This document shows, one piece after another, positions 19,309 through 27,501 of a stretch of DNA of 64,000 bases. Origin of the DNA: Calditrichia bacterium (GTDB lineage Bacteria > Calditrichota > Calditrichia > RBG-13-44-9 > J075); NCBI GenBank assembly GCA_050633245.1, contig JBOEGD010000002.1:55006-119005 (forward strand). The letters are read 5' to 3'. Below the pieces are notes generated by a model. That model was given only the letters and a program-made list of their open reading frames with translations, ran no database searches and was not told where the DNA came from. Positions within the stretch are counted from its first letter, which is position 1; each line of letters begins with the position of its first letter. The position numbers were made by a program, and so were the translations under genes.

Positions 19309-20601
19309 CTACTTACGCAAATCAAGACACATCATCTTACTCTGATCGCGCACGATTAACATGCCTTCTACAATTGCCATCGGGGCCCAAATATTGGGAC
19401 GAGTCAACAGCTTATGCCGCGCCAGCTCCTGATAGCCTTCGGGAGATGGTGAAATCGCCACAAAGTCCCCGGTGCGATTATCGATCATAAATAGCTTGTT
19501 ATCTGCCAACAGCATGGCGCTACGTCCGAAATTCGGTTTGCGCTTGCTTTCCCACAAAATTTTGCCATCAAGCGTCATGCAGGTAAGACCATTATTGGTG
19601 CGATTATCATTTCCGTTGAAATAGAGGTGATCTTTATAGAGGATTGGGGGGTGAATCTGCACTTTTGGTTCTTCGAGACGAAATAACTCTTTTGCGGTGA
19701 AACCAGCGTCAGATTTTTTCACTTCGATCATTACCTGCGCTGCATTGTAGCCGCCGGTTAGGAATAATCTGTTTTCACCAACTTTTACAGCAGGAGGAAT
19801 AGCAATGCCACATTTAAAGTCCGCGAAGCTCCAAAGTTTTTTACCCGTCATCGGATCAAGCGCAACCACGCCTCCGCCGGGCACAAGGGAACGCGCTGCA
19901 ACAGCCTCTTCAGCCGGCTCCCAATTAGACGACGTTACCTGGACGATCATATCGGTACCATCGATAGTAACAAGTGATGGAGAAGAATAGCCGTTACTCT
20001 CCGATAGCTGCTGCGTTTGCCAGGCGATTTTGCCGCTTTTGCGATTAAATGCCACGGTGCCGCTCTTCTCGCCCTGCGGAGAAACAATCACCAGATCTTT
20101 ATACACCAGCGGAGATTGACTAAATGCCCAGCGCGGCAGCTCCTGAGCGTCCGCCTCCATAAAGGCATGACTCCACAGCAGCTTCTGCGTCTTTATATCG
20201 ACGCAATACAGCGTGCCCATCGCGCCCATTGCATAAACGTGGTTTCCTGCTACCGTCGCCGTAGCGCGGGAACCATCATAATCGAACGTTCCGGTTGAAG
20301 GGAAATCGATACTCCAGACATCTTTACCGGTTTTCAAATCGATAGATCGCAGCACGTCTTTCTCTCCACTCACACGATCGAGCAGATAGACCTTGCCATC
20401 CACCACAGCCGGTCCTGCATAACCTGCACCGACTTCAGTTTCCCAAAGCACTTTCGGACCTTCTTCACCCCAATTTACGTTAAGCGGGGTATTATCACCG
20501 ATGGCATTGCCATTTGGCCCGAGGAACTTTGGCCAGTCTTCGGCGGTAACTGTCATTGAACATGCAACAAGCAGCAAAAAAGCAAGAATGCGATTGAGCA
20601 T
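19309..20601 (-). CDS. Secreted PQQ-like beta-propeller repeat protein
   Basis: Signal peptide, EDWPKFLGPNGN N-terminal motif, repeated D/N..TGK..W blades and C-terminal WAPMAI....LIVRD. Confidence 0.88.
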   Translation of the reverse strand: MLNRILAFLLLVACSMTVTAEDWPKFLGPNGNAIGDNTPLNVNWGEEGPKVLWETEVGAGYAGPAVVDGKVYLLDRVSGEKDVLRSIDLKTGKDVWSIDFPSTGTFDYDGSRATATVAGNHVYAMGAMGTLYCVDIKTQKLLWSHAFMEADAQELPRWAFSQSPLVYKDLVIVSPQGEKSGTVAFNRKSGKIAWQTQQLSESNGYSSPSLVTIDGTDMIVQVTSSNWEPAEEAVAARSLVPGGGVVALDPMTGKKLWSFADFKCGIAIPPAVKVGENRLFLTGGYNAAQVMIEVKKSDAGFTAKELFRLEEPKVQIHPPILYKDHLYFNGNDNRTNNGLTCMTLDGKILWESKRKPNFGRSAMLLADNKLFMIDNRTGDFVAISPSPEGYQELARHKLLTRPNIWAPMAIVEGMLIVRDQSKMMCLDLRK

Positions 20602-20846
20602 CGTTTCTCCCTTAGGATTTTTGGTGAAAATAGAATTTGGACGGTTGAACTAAAATAAAATAGGCAGGATGGATTGAATTACAAAATAAAAATCGAATCG
20701 GGAAGATGGTAAATGATGGTAAGGCGGTTGGTCAATTGGGCAGTAAGCCTATGGTAAGAGGTGAAAGTGAGAAATGATCAGAGGCGGTGAGAAGCAGCCA
20801 AAATAGTACGCAAAACATGCATGAGAGCAACGAAGGAGGAGCAATC

Positions 20847-20976
20847 GTAAAGACGAGATGCTTTGCGTCTATTGAAAGGCTGGAGTAAAAGACACGATGC
20901 TTCACGTCTCAGGAGAAACCGCCACCAAGCCCATAAAAAGACTCAAAATCAGTAAAGGCGCGATGCTTCGCGTCTC
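20847..20976. repeat. Three REP-like palindromes (GTAA-A-GACGCGATGCTTCGCGTCT consensus)
   Basis: Copies at 20851-20870, 20890-20909 and 20956-20975, each preceded by GTAA. Resembles RAYT-associated GTAG-type REPs. Confidence 0.7.
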
Positions 20977-21004
20977 CTAAAAACTACTCTGTCGGCTTAT
21001 CGCC

Positions 21005-21090
21005 CGGCCGATTAAGCCAGCCGTGACATTGCTGTAGTAAATCGAAGATAAATTACCAATTAAACAAAAAAAGCAAATCATTTATGTCCC
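21005..21090 (-). repeat. Conserved 3' non-coding tail, copy 1 (IMH/hairpin-like) after the TIR-DUF1566 gene
   Basis: Shares ATGATTTG, ATTTATCTTCGATTTA (16/16) and TGTCACGGCTGGYTTAATCGGCCG with 22413-22497. Confidence 0.75.
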
Positions 21091-21096
21091 CACCAA

Positions 21097-22329
21097 CTAC
21101 ACTCGAGGCAAGTCGGAACGTACGGCACGGACATGCAAGCTGAAACTGGCTACGCGACCGTAAGGGCAGTAGCCGTAGCGGAAACTGACGGTCCATGCCT
21201 TCCCCGCGGTACTATCTCGATCCGCCGTCCAAATCCATCGCTGTGTACTGTCAAACACCGAATCAATGTATAAATCACCATTCTTTCTCTTAGACTCCAT
21301 CAGGCTCATCGCTTCTTCCAGTGTTGGCAAGCGCCAATCTGAATAGCCAGAAAATTTGCTCTCGTTCATATCGGCAACGTATTTTTCAGCTTTAGAATAG
21401 CTCAAATATTTTGCGTACCCCGATTGTTGCCACATCAACCCACTGGCTTTGTCGATAACGATGTCGCCTTTTTCTTCATATGCGTTAACAAATCTTTTCC
21501 TGACTGGATTAAAGTCTGAATCATAAAAACCGTGTTGTTTCAGCATCTGTTTAACAGCATCAACAGACAGTTTGTTTTCTGGTTTAGACCTAAAAACCTT
21601 CACTAATTTTTTGGAAGGAGTTAAAGGAGGGCTTTGATTTTCTCTTGATTTTGCCTCCTTTAAACGCTCTAACTCCAATTGCTTCTGCTTTAACTCTTTT
21701 CGGAGCTTCACGACTTCATCAGACGAAACGCCCTCAGGCACTTTAGCGGAGTCAGGCACAGATTTACTGGCCTCCTGCGGCAAAGCTTCGAGTGCCTCCT
21801 GTTGCTCCTCCAACTTTTCTTTGAGCTGCTTAAATTCCCGATGGTCTTCCAGTGACAGCCCAATATTTTCTGCCTTACTTGGGTTACTTTTATTAACAGA
21901 CTTCGGTAGTTCGGCTTCTCCTAATACACTACGAATGGTCTTGAACGCGAGGTCCAATCCATCCTCCTCAAATAAATCGCAATAGTGTATATCCGCGAAG
22001 GAGTCAGGTACCTTACAATTGTCCAACCTCACCGGGATGATAAACAGTTCACCATCCGGCATCTCCTGCAGTGTATCCAGCGCCAGCTTGAACTCTTTTT
22101 GCACGAATCCCTTATGAGAAACAGAAGTTTTGGAGAAGAAGATTATAACAAAGCGGGCTGATTTCAGCGCTTTCGGTGTCTCAATACGCCAGTTTTGCCC
22201 GGGCAAAAGATCTTTTTTATCCAGCCAGGGATCAAAGCCTTCAACCTTCAGCTTTTTGTACATCTTTAAAGCTTCAGCGTGATCCTCACGCGCGTGGCAA
22301 AGGAATATACGGTTTTTGGAGTTTATCAT
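21097..22329 (-). CDS. TIR_2 - coiled coil - DUF1566 (Lcl C-terminal, C-type-lectin fold) protein
   Basis: IFLCHARED, PWLDKKDLLPGQNW and FVQKEF (catalytic Glu). VIDKASGLMWQQ, GYSDWRLPTLEE and VRAVRS. Confidence 0.88.
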   Translation of the reverse strand: MINSKNRIFLCHAREDHAEALKMYKKLKVEGFDPWLDKKDLLPGQNWRIETPKALKSARFVIIFFSKTSVSHKGFVQKEFKLALDTLQEMPDGELFIIPVRLDNCKVPDSFADIHYCDLFEEDGLDLAFKTIRSVLGEAELPKSVNKSNPSKAENIGLSLEDHREFKQLKEKLEEQQEALEALPQEASKSVPDSAKVPEGVSSDEVVKLRKELKQKQLELERLKEAKSRENQSPPLTPSKKLVKVFRSKPENKLSVDAVKQMLKQHGFYDSDFNPVRKRFVNAYEEKGDIVIDKASGLMWQQSGYAKYLSYSKAEKYVADMNESKFSGYSDWRLPTLEEAMSLMESKRKNGDLYIDSVFDSTQRWIWTADRDSTAGKAWTVSFRYGYCPYGRVASFSLHVRAVRSDLPRV

Positions 22330-22412
22330 AGATAATCATAAGTTTCTTTTGAACGATAGCCAAATAAAAGTGCGTTGTCTAATCTTTTATTTGAGTACTT
22401 CAAACCTCAATA

Positions 22413-22497
22413 CGGCCGATTAAACCAGCCGTGACAACGCAGCAATAAATCGAAGATAAATCATCAAATAATACAAAGAACCAAATCATTAAGGCCC
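22413..22497 (-). repeat. Conserved 3' non-coding tail, copy 2 (IMH/hairpin-like) after the NACHT-DUF1566 gene
   Basis: See copy 1. Hairpin CGGCTGG-tttaa-TCGGCCG on the minus strand. Confidence 0.75.
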
Positions 22498-24573
22498 TGA
22501 GCGTACGGCACGTACATAAATGCTGCTATCGTGCTCAATGATAGGGTTTGCGCAAAATCCGAGATTGAAATCGACGAGCCAGACCGTCTCGGCACTGGTA
22601 CAATCTGCCGTCCAAGTCCACCACTGCAAGTCATTAAAAATCGGATGAATATATAGAGGCAAGCTAACTGGTTCCTGAAGCGAGAGCAATTCCTCTGTGT
22701 CCGGAAGCCGCCAGTCGGCATAACCACCAAACCTATTGCTATTTAATTCAGCAACATATCTCTCCGCATCCGAGTAAGTCAAAGTTTTATCAGAACCGAC
22801 TTGCTGCCACATCAAGCCACTCCAAATATCCAGAATCACTCCATCTTCATTATTACTTTCGAAATAAAAAACTGCTTCGAAAGAATTATTATCAAGCTCA
22901 ACATCCGAGCTCGGTGGACCTATTTGAATATAGCGAAGATTTTTTTTCCTTACCTCTTCAGCACTCAATACCTCTGCAGAAATACCATGATTTAATAAAC
23001 AGGATTCGACCTCTACAAACTCCGAAAAACGCTGCCGAAGAATATCTTTCAGAAAACGCCTCATCTGATCTGTCCAACCAACTCCAGGTCTTTCTCGAGG
23101 CGTCATCTCCAGCCAGCGAACAACATACAAATACTCCACTATGGAGCGGTGGGCAAACTTGAAGCGGTCCAGCGCATCGCGATTGAGCAATGACCGACCA
23201 GTTAACTGCCAAGTATCCAAATTAATATCATATTTTTTAGCAATCTCATCTATTTCAGCAAATAGAAAACCGATGGACTTTCCACCATCACTCTTATCCT
23301 CGTTGTGGAATAACTCAATAGCGAGACATTTGGAGAAACTATAAAGCTCATTACTATCAAAAATTTCACGATTTAGCCAGGCCTTCACAATCACCTCAAA
23401 CAGTTGAAAAGAATAGCGATATTCCTTTTCCTCCTCTACGAGGTCCTGCAAATAAGACAGGATTAACGGTCGACACGTTAAATCCGGAATTTTCTCAATC
23501 AACAGCTTTGCTTTCTCCGCTAGAGAGACATCATCTGGGAAACGCTTATGTAAGTATTCAGATATTTGCCCCTCATCAAAAAGCGATAGATAACTTCTGC
23601 GAAATCTGTAAATTTTTGTGCCGTCAATCCCGCCAACCGGCCCAAATCGCAAGCGGCCCGTCTCGTCTGGCACCTCTTCCTCACGCGGAAAAAATTGGGT
23701 GCGACAGGTAATCACAAATGCGCGAAAGGCATCGGCCCACTTGCAAAGTTGATAGACTCGCTTGCGATGTTGGGGATCTTTTTTGACTGTTACTGGATCC
23801 TTTGACTGGTTTTCAATCTTTATATTGCGTTCCCACGCAGCGCGATCTTCATCGAGTGCATCAAGTAATAAAATGGTTTCGTCTTTATTCTCGATTCCTT
23901 CAACAATCGCTTCCAGATTAAAACGCTCATCATTGCTTATCAGCAGCGGGATTAATATGAATTTATGGTCGGATGCTGCTGTATTCTGCACAGATCGCCA
24001 ATAATAGTTTAACAGAAAAGCCGATTTTCCCATACCACTATCGCCAAGCAACAGAATATGCTTATTGCTGCTTGCAGCATTTTGTAACCAATGATCCATT
24101 TCCTGAAACAACCGTTTTCGCTCAGTTTGGTTTTCCCCAAAAGCAGGATCGATATCCTGACAATCCGGTTTCACATAACAACTGGCAGCTTGTTCAAAAT
24201 CTTCCGGTCTAAAAAACATCTTGGTTACATGATCAACCTTATTTCCATCTATCGGTGAGGACTTCGGATCACCTTTGTCTGTAAGCAGTTTAATTACCCG
24301 GTCAATTTTTTCTTGCTTATCGACGCCGAGCTTTGATTTTATTTCTTCCAGCAGAGCGACTAGAGCCATACGGCTGTCGGGCAGCGTTCCGAAGTTCACC
24401 AGCAGATCGTATAACCGGCTGGAGAACTCATCGGCAGCGCCTTCCAATTCAATCTGTTGCAACATCTTTGGAAAACCAGCAAAGGTATTGTTCACAATCG
24501 TTCTGCGACGATTTTGCAACGAGAACTGTTGCGCGAAGATAGCGATAATTTGGGTTCGGATATCTTGAGTCAT
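22489..24573 (-). CDS. EAD8-like - NACHT (STAND NTPase) - DUF1566 protein (bacterial NLR-like)
   Basis: Walker A GDSGMGKS, Walker B ILLLDALDE, sensor VITCRTQFF, RPLIL and WHD FKFAHRSIVEYL. C-terminal GLMWQQ, GYADWRLP and VRAVRS. N-terminal ~97 aa homologous to the N-terminus of 24624-26018. Confidence 0.88.
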   Translation of the reverse strand: MTQDIRTQIIAIFAQQFSLQNRRRTIVNNTFAGFPKMLQQIELEGAADEFSSRLYDLLVNFGTLPDSRMALVALLEEIKSKLGVDKQEKIDRVIKLLTDKGDPKSSPIDGNKVDHVTKMFFRPEDFEQAASCYVKPDCQDIDPAFGENQTERKRLFQEMDHWLQNAASSNKHILLLGDSGMGKSAFLLNYYWRSVQNTAASDHKFILIPLLISNDERFNLEAIVEGIENKDETILLLDALDEDRAAWERNIKIENQSKDPVTVKKDPQHRKRVYQLCKWADAFRAFVITCRTQFFPREEEVPDETGRLRFGPVGGIDGTKIYRFRRSYLSLFDEGQISEYLHKRFPDDVSLAEKAKLLIEKIPDLTCRPLILSYLQDLVEEEKEYRYSFQLFEVIVKAWLNREIFDSNELYSFSKCLAIELFHNEDKSDGGKSIGFLFAEIDEIAKKYDINLDTWQLTGRSLLNRDALDRFKFAHRSIVEYLYVVRWLEMTPRERPGVGWTDQMRRFLKDILRQRFSEFVEVESCLLNHGISAEVLSAEEVRKKNLRYIQIGPPSSDVELDNNSFEAVFYFESNNEDGVILDIWSGLMWQQVGSDKTLTYSDAERYVAELNSNRFGGYADWRLPDTEELLSLQEPVSLPLYIHPIFNDLQWWTWTADCTSAETVWLVDFNLGFCANPIIEHDSSIYVRAVRSGP

Positions 24574-24623
24574 AGCTATAATCAGTATTATATAAGGTGA
24601 TCCGTTTAAAACGCCAGAAATTT

Positions 24624-26018
24624 CTAACCAGCACCAAGTGCTTTGAATATCTTTTCGATTGCCACGGCTTTATTTCGATAATCCACGTAGTTATAAGACT
24701 CAAAACCAAAGGGGATTTCGCAATCGCCCAGCTTCACCGGGATCAGAAAGATGTCCCCCTCAGGTCGTTCCTGCAAGGCATCGAGTGCAGAACGATAGTT
24801 GCGATGAATTTCTCCGCGTGCAGAAAGCGCCTGTCTGGAAAAAAACACAATTGAGTAATCCGCCTCACGGATGTTTTTACGAACGGTTGGCTGGATGGAT
24901 TGTCCCGGTAGCAGGTCAATTGGCTGATACCAGGGAGAATAGCCTCGCGATTTCAATTCACGGTACATTTCTCTTGCTGCCGCATCGTCAGAAGGGGAGG
25001 CAATGATGGTGACTTTTCGCCCTCCGGCAGGCGCCGCTGAAGCAGGTTGATCCGTTTCGTGTAAATCTTTTGGACGCACGGCCTTGGGTGTCTGCCTGTG
25101 CAATTCATTCTTCAGCTCACTGCTTTCTTTATCGAGCAAAATCGGGAGATCTTTGCCGCTAATCCCTTCCAGCTCAATGGCATTTTTCGCCAGCGCAAAT
25201 GCTTTCGGGATGTCCATACCACCGCCAAGCCCGTCATAAAAAGCTGTTGAGAATAGAATAGCCGCCCGATCCGCAATCGCATCCTTCATTCCAATAACAT
25301 AGGAGATATGCTCTACAACCGCCTTTGCCTGCAGGATGGAATAACATGAATTGAGCACGACACAGTCCACTTGGTCAGAAAGAATGCCAATCAGATTTGC
25401 CAGAGCTTCTGTTTGCACCAGCTTGCTTAATCCGTTATTGTCTTCCAGAAAAATACCGCTCTCCTCGCCGTCAGTGCCATGTCCGGAGAAGTGAATAATA
25501 GTCGGCTCGAAATCCAGCAAGGCTCGACGCAGGTCAACCGGACGCACTGCCCATTGTGAGGTCAGTTCAAATCGTTCCCGATGTTTCGAGCGCTTAAGCC
25601 CCTCAGAAATTTCCCGCACTTCCTCACCAATTCGCAGCCGCATGCTATCCCTTGGATTGGCAGACAGCACCAGAATACGGACTTTGGAGTCCAGTTGTTT
25701 GCTCTCCTTAAACTCAGCTTTAGTATTGATTTGCGAGACAATCTCATCAATTTCGTTTTTCTTTTCACTCCCAACCATGTCCTGAATAGTACGCAGCAAT
25801 TCTTCAAGAGCAGATCTTCCTGAATCAAGGCGACCATAGTTATTCAGAACACTAATTAGGTGAGAGGAAAAATCCATAGGCGGTCCGCTGAAGTCGATCA
25901 TGCCCAGCAAATTTGGATGGTCGGAGAAGGCAGTAGTACAAATAGTGCGACGCTTTTTATCATCGTTGAATTGTTGGGTTAAAATGCTACTGATTCGTCT
26001 TCGGAGTTGAGCGTTCAT
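24624..26018 (-). CDS. EAD8-like - CHAT (caspase-like protease) - TIR-like protein
   Basis: ILVLSANP...LRIGEEVREI, IHFSGHG (His) and VVLNSCYS (Cys). C-terminal TIR fold PWYQPIDLLPGQ...FLIPVKL. Confidence 0.9.
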   Translation of the reverse strand: MNAQLRRRISSILTQQFNDDKKRRTICTTAFSDHPNLLGMIDFSGPPMDFSSHLISVLNNYGRLDSGRSALEELLRTIQDMVGSEKKNEIDEIVSQINTKAEFKESKQLDSKVRILVLSANPRDSMRLRIGEEVREISEGLKRSKHRERFELTSQWAVRPVDLRRALLDFEPTIIHFSGHGTDGEESGIFLEDNNGLSKLVQTEALANLIGILSDQVDCVVLNSCYSILQAKAVVEHISYVIGMKDAIADRAAILFSTAFYDGLGGGMDIPKAFALAKNAIELEGISGKDLPILLDKESSELKNELHRQTPKAVRPKDLHETDQPASAAPAGGRKVTIIASPSDDAAAREMYRELKSRGYSPWYQPIDLLPGQSIQPTVRKNIREADYSIVFFSRQALSARGEIHRNYRSALDALQERPEGDIFLIPVKLGDCEIPFGFESYNYVDYRNKAVAIEKIFKALGAG

Positions 26019-26203
26019 ACGTGGTTCCGTACTGTATCTTAGCGTTTATGTTGTCGTTAAGGATGTATTTTCGAAATAATCAAAAAGAAAAGAGAATCCT
26101 GAGATGGACGTCTTTTCAAAAACGGGGAGTAATTGTATAAGATATTATAAAATCGGAGGAAAATGAAGCGAGAAAATCACAATATGCAGGAGATTCACTT
26201 CGA

Positions 26204-26450
26204 GCAACTAGGCAATTAGGCAACTAGGCAGAAACGAAGGTGAGAAACGGGCAGAAAGATGAGCGGGAGAGCGGGTGATTGGGAGAAAGAGAGAGGGAAT
26301 GAACAGAAGCTCTGCGCTTTATTCTCTTCGCTCGCTCTGACCTCGACGGAGTTTACCCTGAACTATGTCGAAGGACTCGGCCGGACGCGGATAATATTGG
26401 GTCTTAAGTTCAGTTTCACCCATTCTCCCCTTCACCCGCTCACATATCTC
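26204..26450. repeat. Low-complexity octamer repeat tracts (CAAYTAGG; purine-rich tract and its pyrimidine-rich complement) plus a partial dispersed repeat
   Basis: Read directly. Flanks the 5' end of the conflict island. Confidence 0.5.
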
Positions 26451-26468
26451 TGTTCTCTGTTCCGTTCC

Positions 26469-27323
26469 CTATCTCTTCGGACGAATCAATCCTTCCTGCA
26501 CTACAGAAGCAACCAGCTCACCGGAGCGGCTATAAACGCTACCACGCGTAAAACCCCGCGTCCCGGAGGCGCTGGGACTGTCAAGCGCATAAAGCAGCCA
26601 GTCATCCATACGAAAAGAACGATGAAACCACATCGCATGGTCAATGCTGGCAAGCTGCAGATCGGCGTAAGTGACCTTGTCGAAGTGTGGGCGAAGCGAG
26701 GTCGTCAGTAAGTTGTAGTCAGAAGCGAAAGCCAGGATCTCGCGATGCAAAGATTTGTCATCCGGAATTTTGCCTTTGGCCCTCATCCAGATGTGACGCT
26801 GTGGCGGGCGTTTTTCCGGGTTCAGCGGGTCGAGTGGGTCAATGGGGCGAAATTCAATGGGACGATCCATCAGCATCCAGCTAAAGGATGCCGGTAGCTT
26901 GTCCCCCAACGCTCGCAGCGTATCCTGATCGGACGGTAAGTCTTCCGGGCCCGGCACGTCCGGCATGTCTACCTGATGATCCAGCCCTTCCTGTTCGAGC
27001 TGAAAGGACGCCCCCATGCTAAAAATAGCGCGGCCCTTTTGAATCGCCACGACGCGACGAGTAGCGAAACTGCCCCCATCTCGTATACGGTCGACCTCAT
27101 AAACTATTGGTAGCTCGACATCGCCCGGCAGAATAAAATAACCGTGCATAGAGTGAACACAACGATCGCCATCAACAGTTTGAATTGCGGCATTTAGCGC
27201 CTGCGATAATACCTGTCCACCAAAAACACGTTTCCAGGGCGTAATAATGCTATCACCACGAAAAATGTTGTTCTCTATTTTTTCAAGTTGAATGACCTTA
27301 AAAAGATCGTTTATCGTTTTCAT
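26469..27323 (-). CDS. tesB: Acyl-CoA thioesterase II
   Basis: RVFGGQVLSQAL, HSMHGYF, RDGGSFATRRV, ASIDHAMWFH and VASVVQEGLIR. Confidence 0.95.
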   Translation of the reverse strand: MKTINDLFKVIQLEKIENNIFRGDSIITPWKRVFGGQVLSQALNAAIQTVDGDRCVHSMHGYFILPGDVELPIVYEVDRIRDGGSFATRRVVAIQKGRAIFSMGASFQLEQEGLDHQVDMPDVPGPEDLPSDQDTLRALGDKLPASFSWMLMDRPIEFRPIDPLDPLNPEKRPPQRHIWMRAKGKIPDDKSLHREILAFASDYNLLTTSLRPHFDKVTYADLQLASIDHAMWFHRSFRMDDWLLYALDSPSASGTRGFTRGSVYSRSGELVASVVQEGLIRPKR

Positions 27324-27501
27324 CTATTTTCCCTAATTGCTGAGACAAAATTATTCGACAAAAAGGCTTTCCTAATCTTGTCAGGCTGAGCGCTGTTGAA
27401 TATCTGTGCTTTTACTTTGGTCCTTTCGACATAGCCTGTCCTGAGCGTAACCGAAGCGCTCATGGTGACCATCACTAGCGTCGAATAATTTCACCTACTA
27501 T

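Noticed and set aside
21082-21099. Pyrrolysine or programmed readthrough of the TAG in the TIR-DUF1566 gene
   Set aside because: Readthrough would add only four residues and no pyl genes are seen. An insertion explains the in-frame downstream TAA more simply.
20602-26468. A complete DGR cassette (RT, avd, template repeat) in or next to the island
   Set aside because: No RT motifs in any ORF and no AAC-rich copy of either variable region was seen in the window. Only target-like features are reported.
26259-26711. 150-aa plus-strand ORF
   Set aside because: Built from low-complexity repeats and the antisense of tesB, with no protein-like features.
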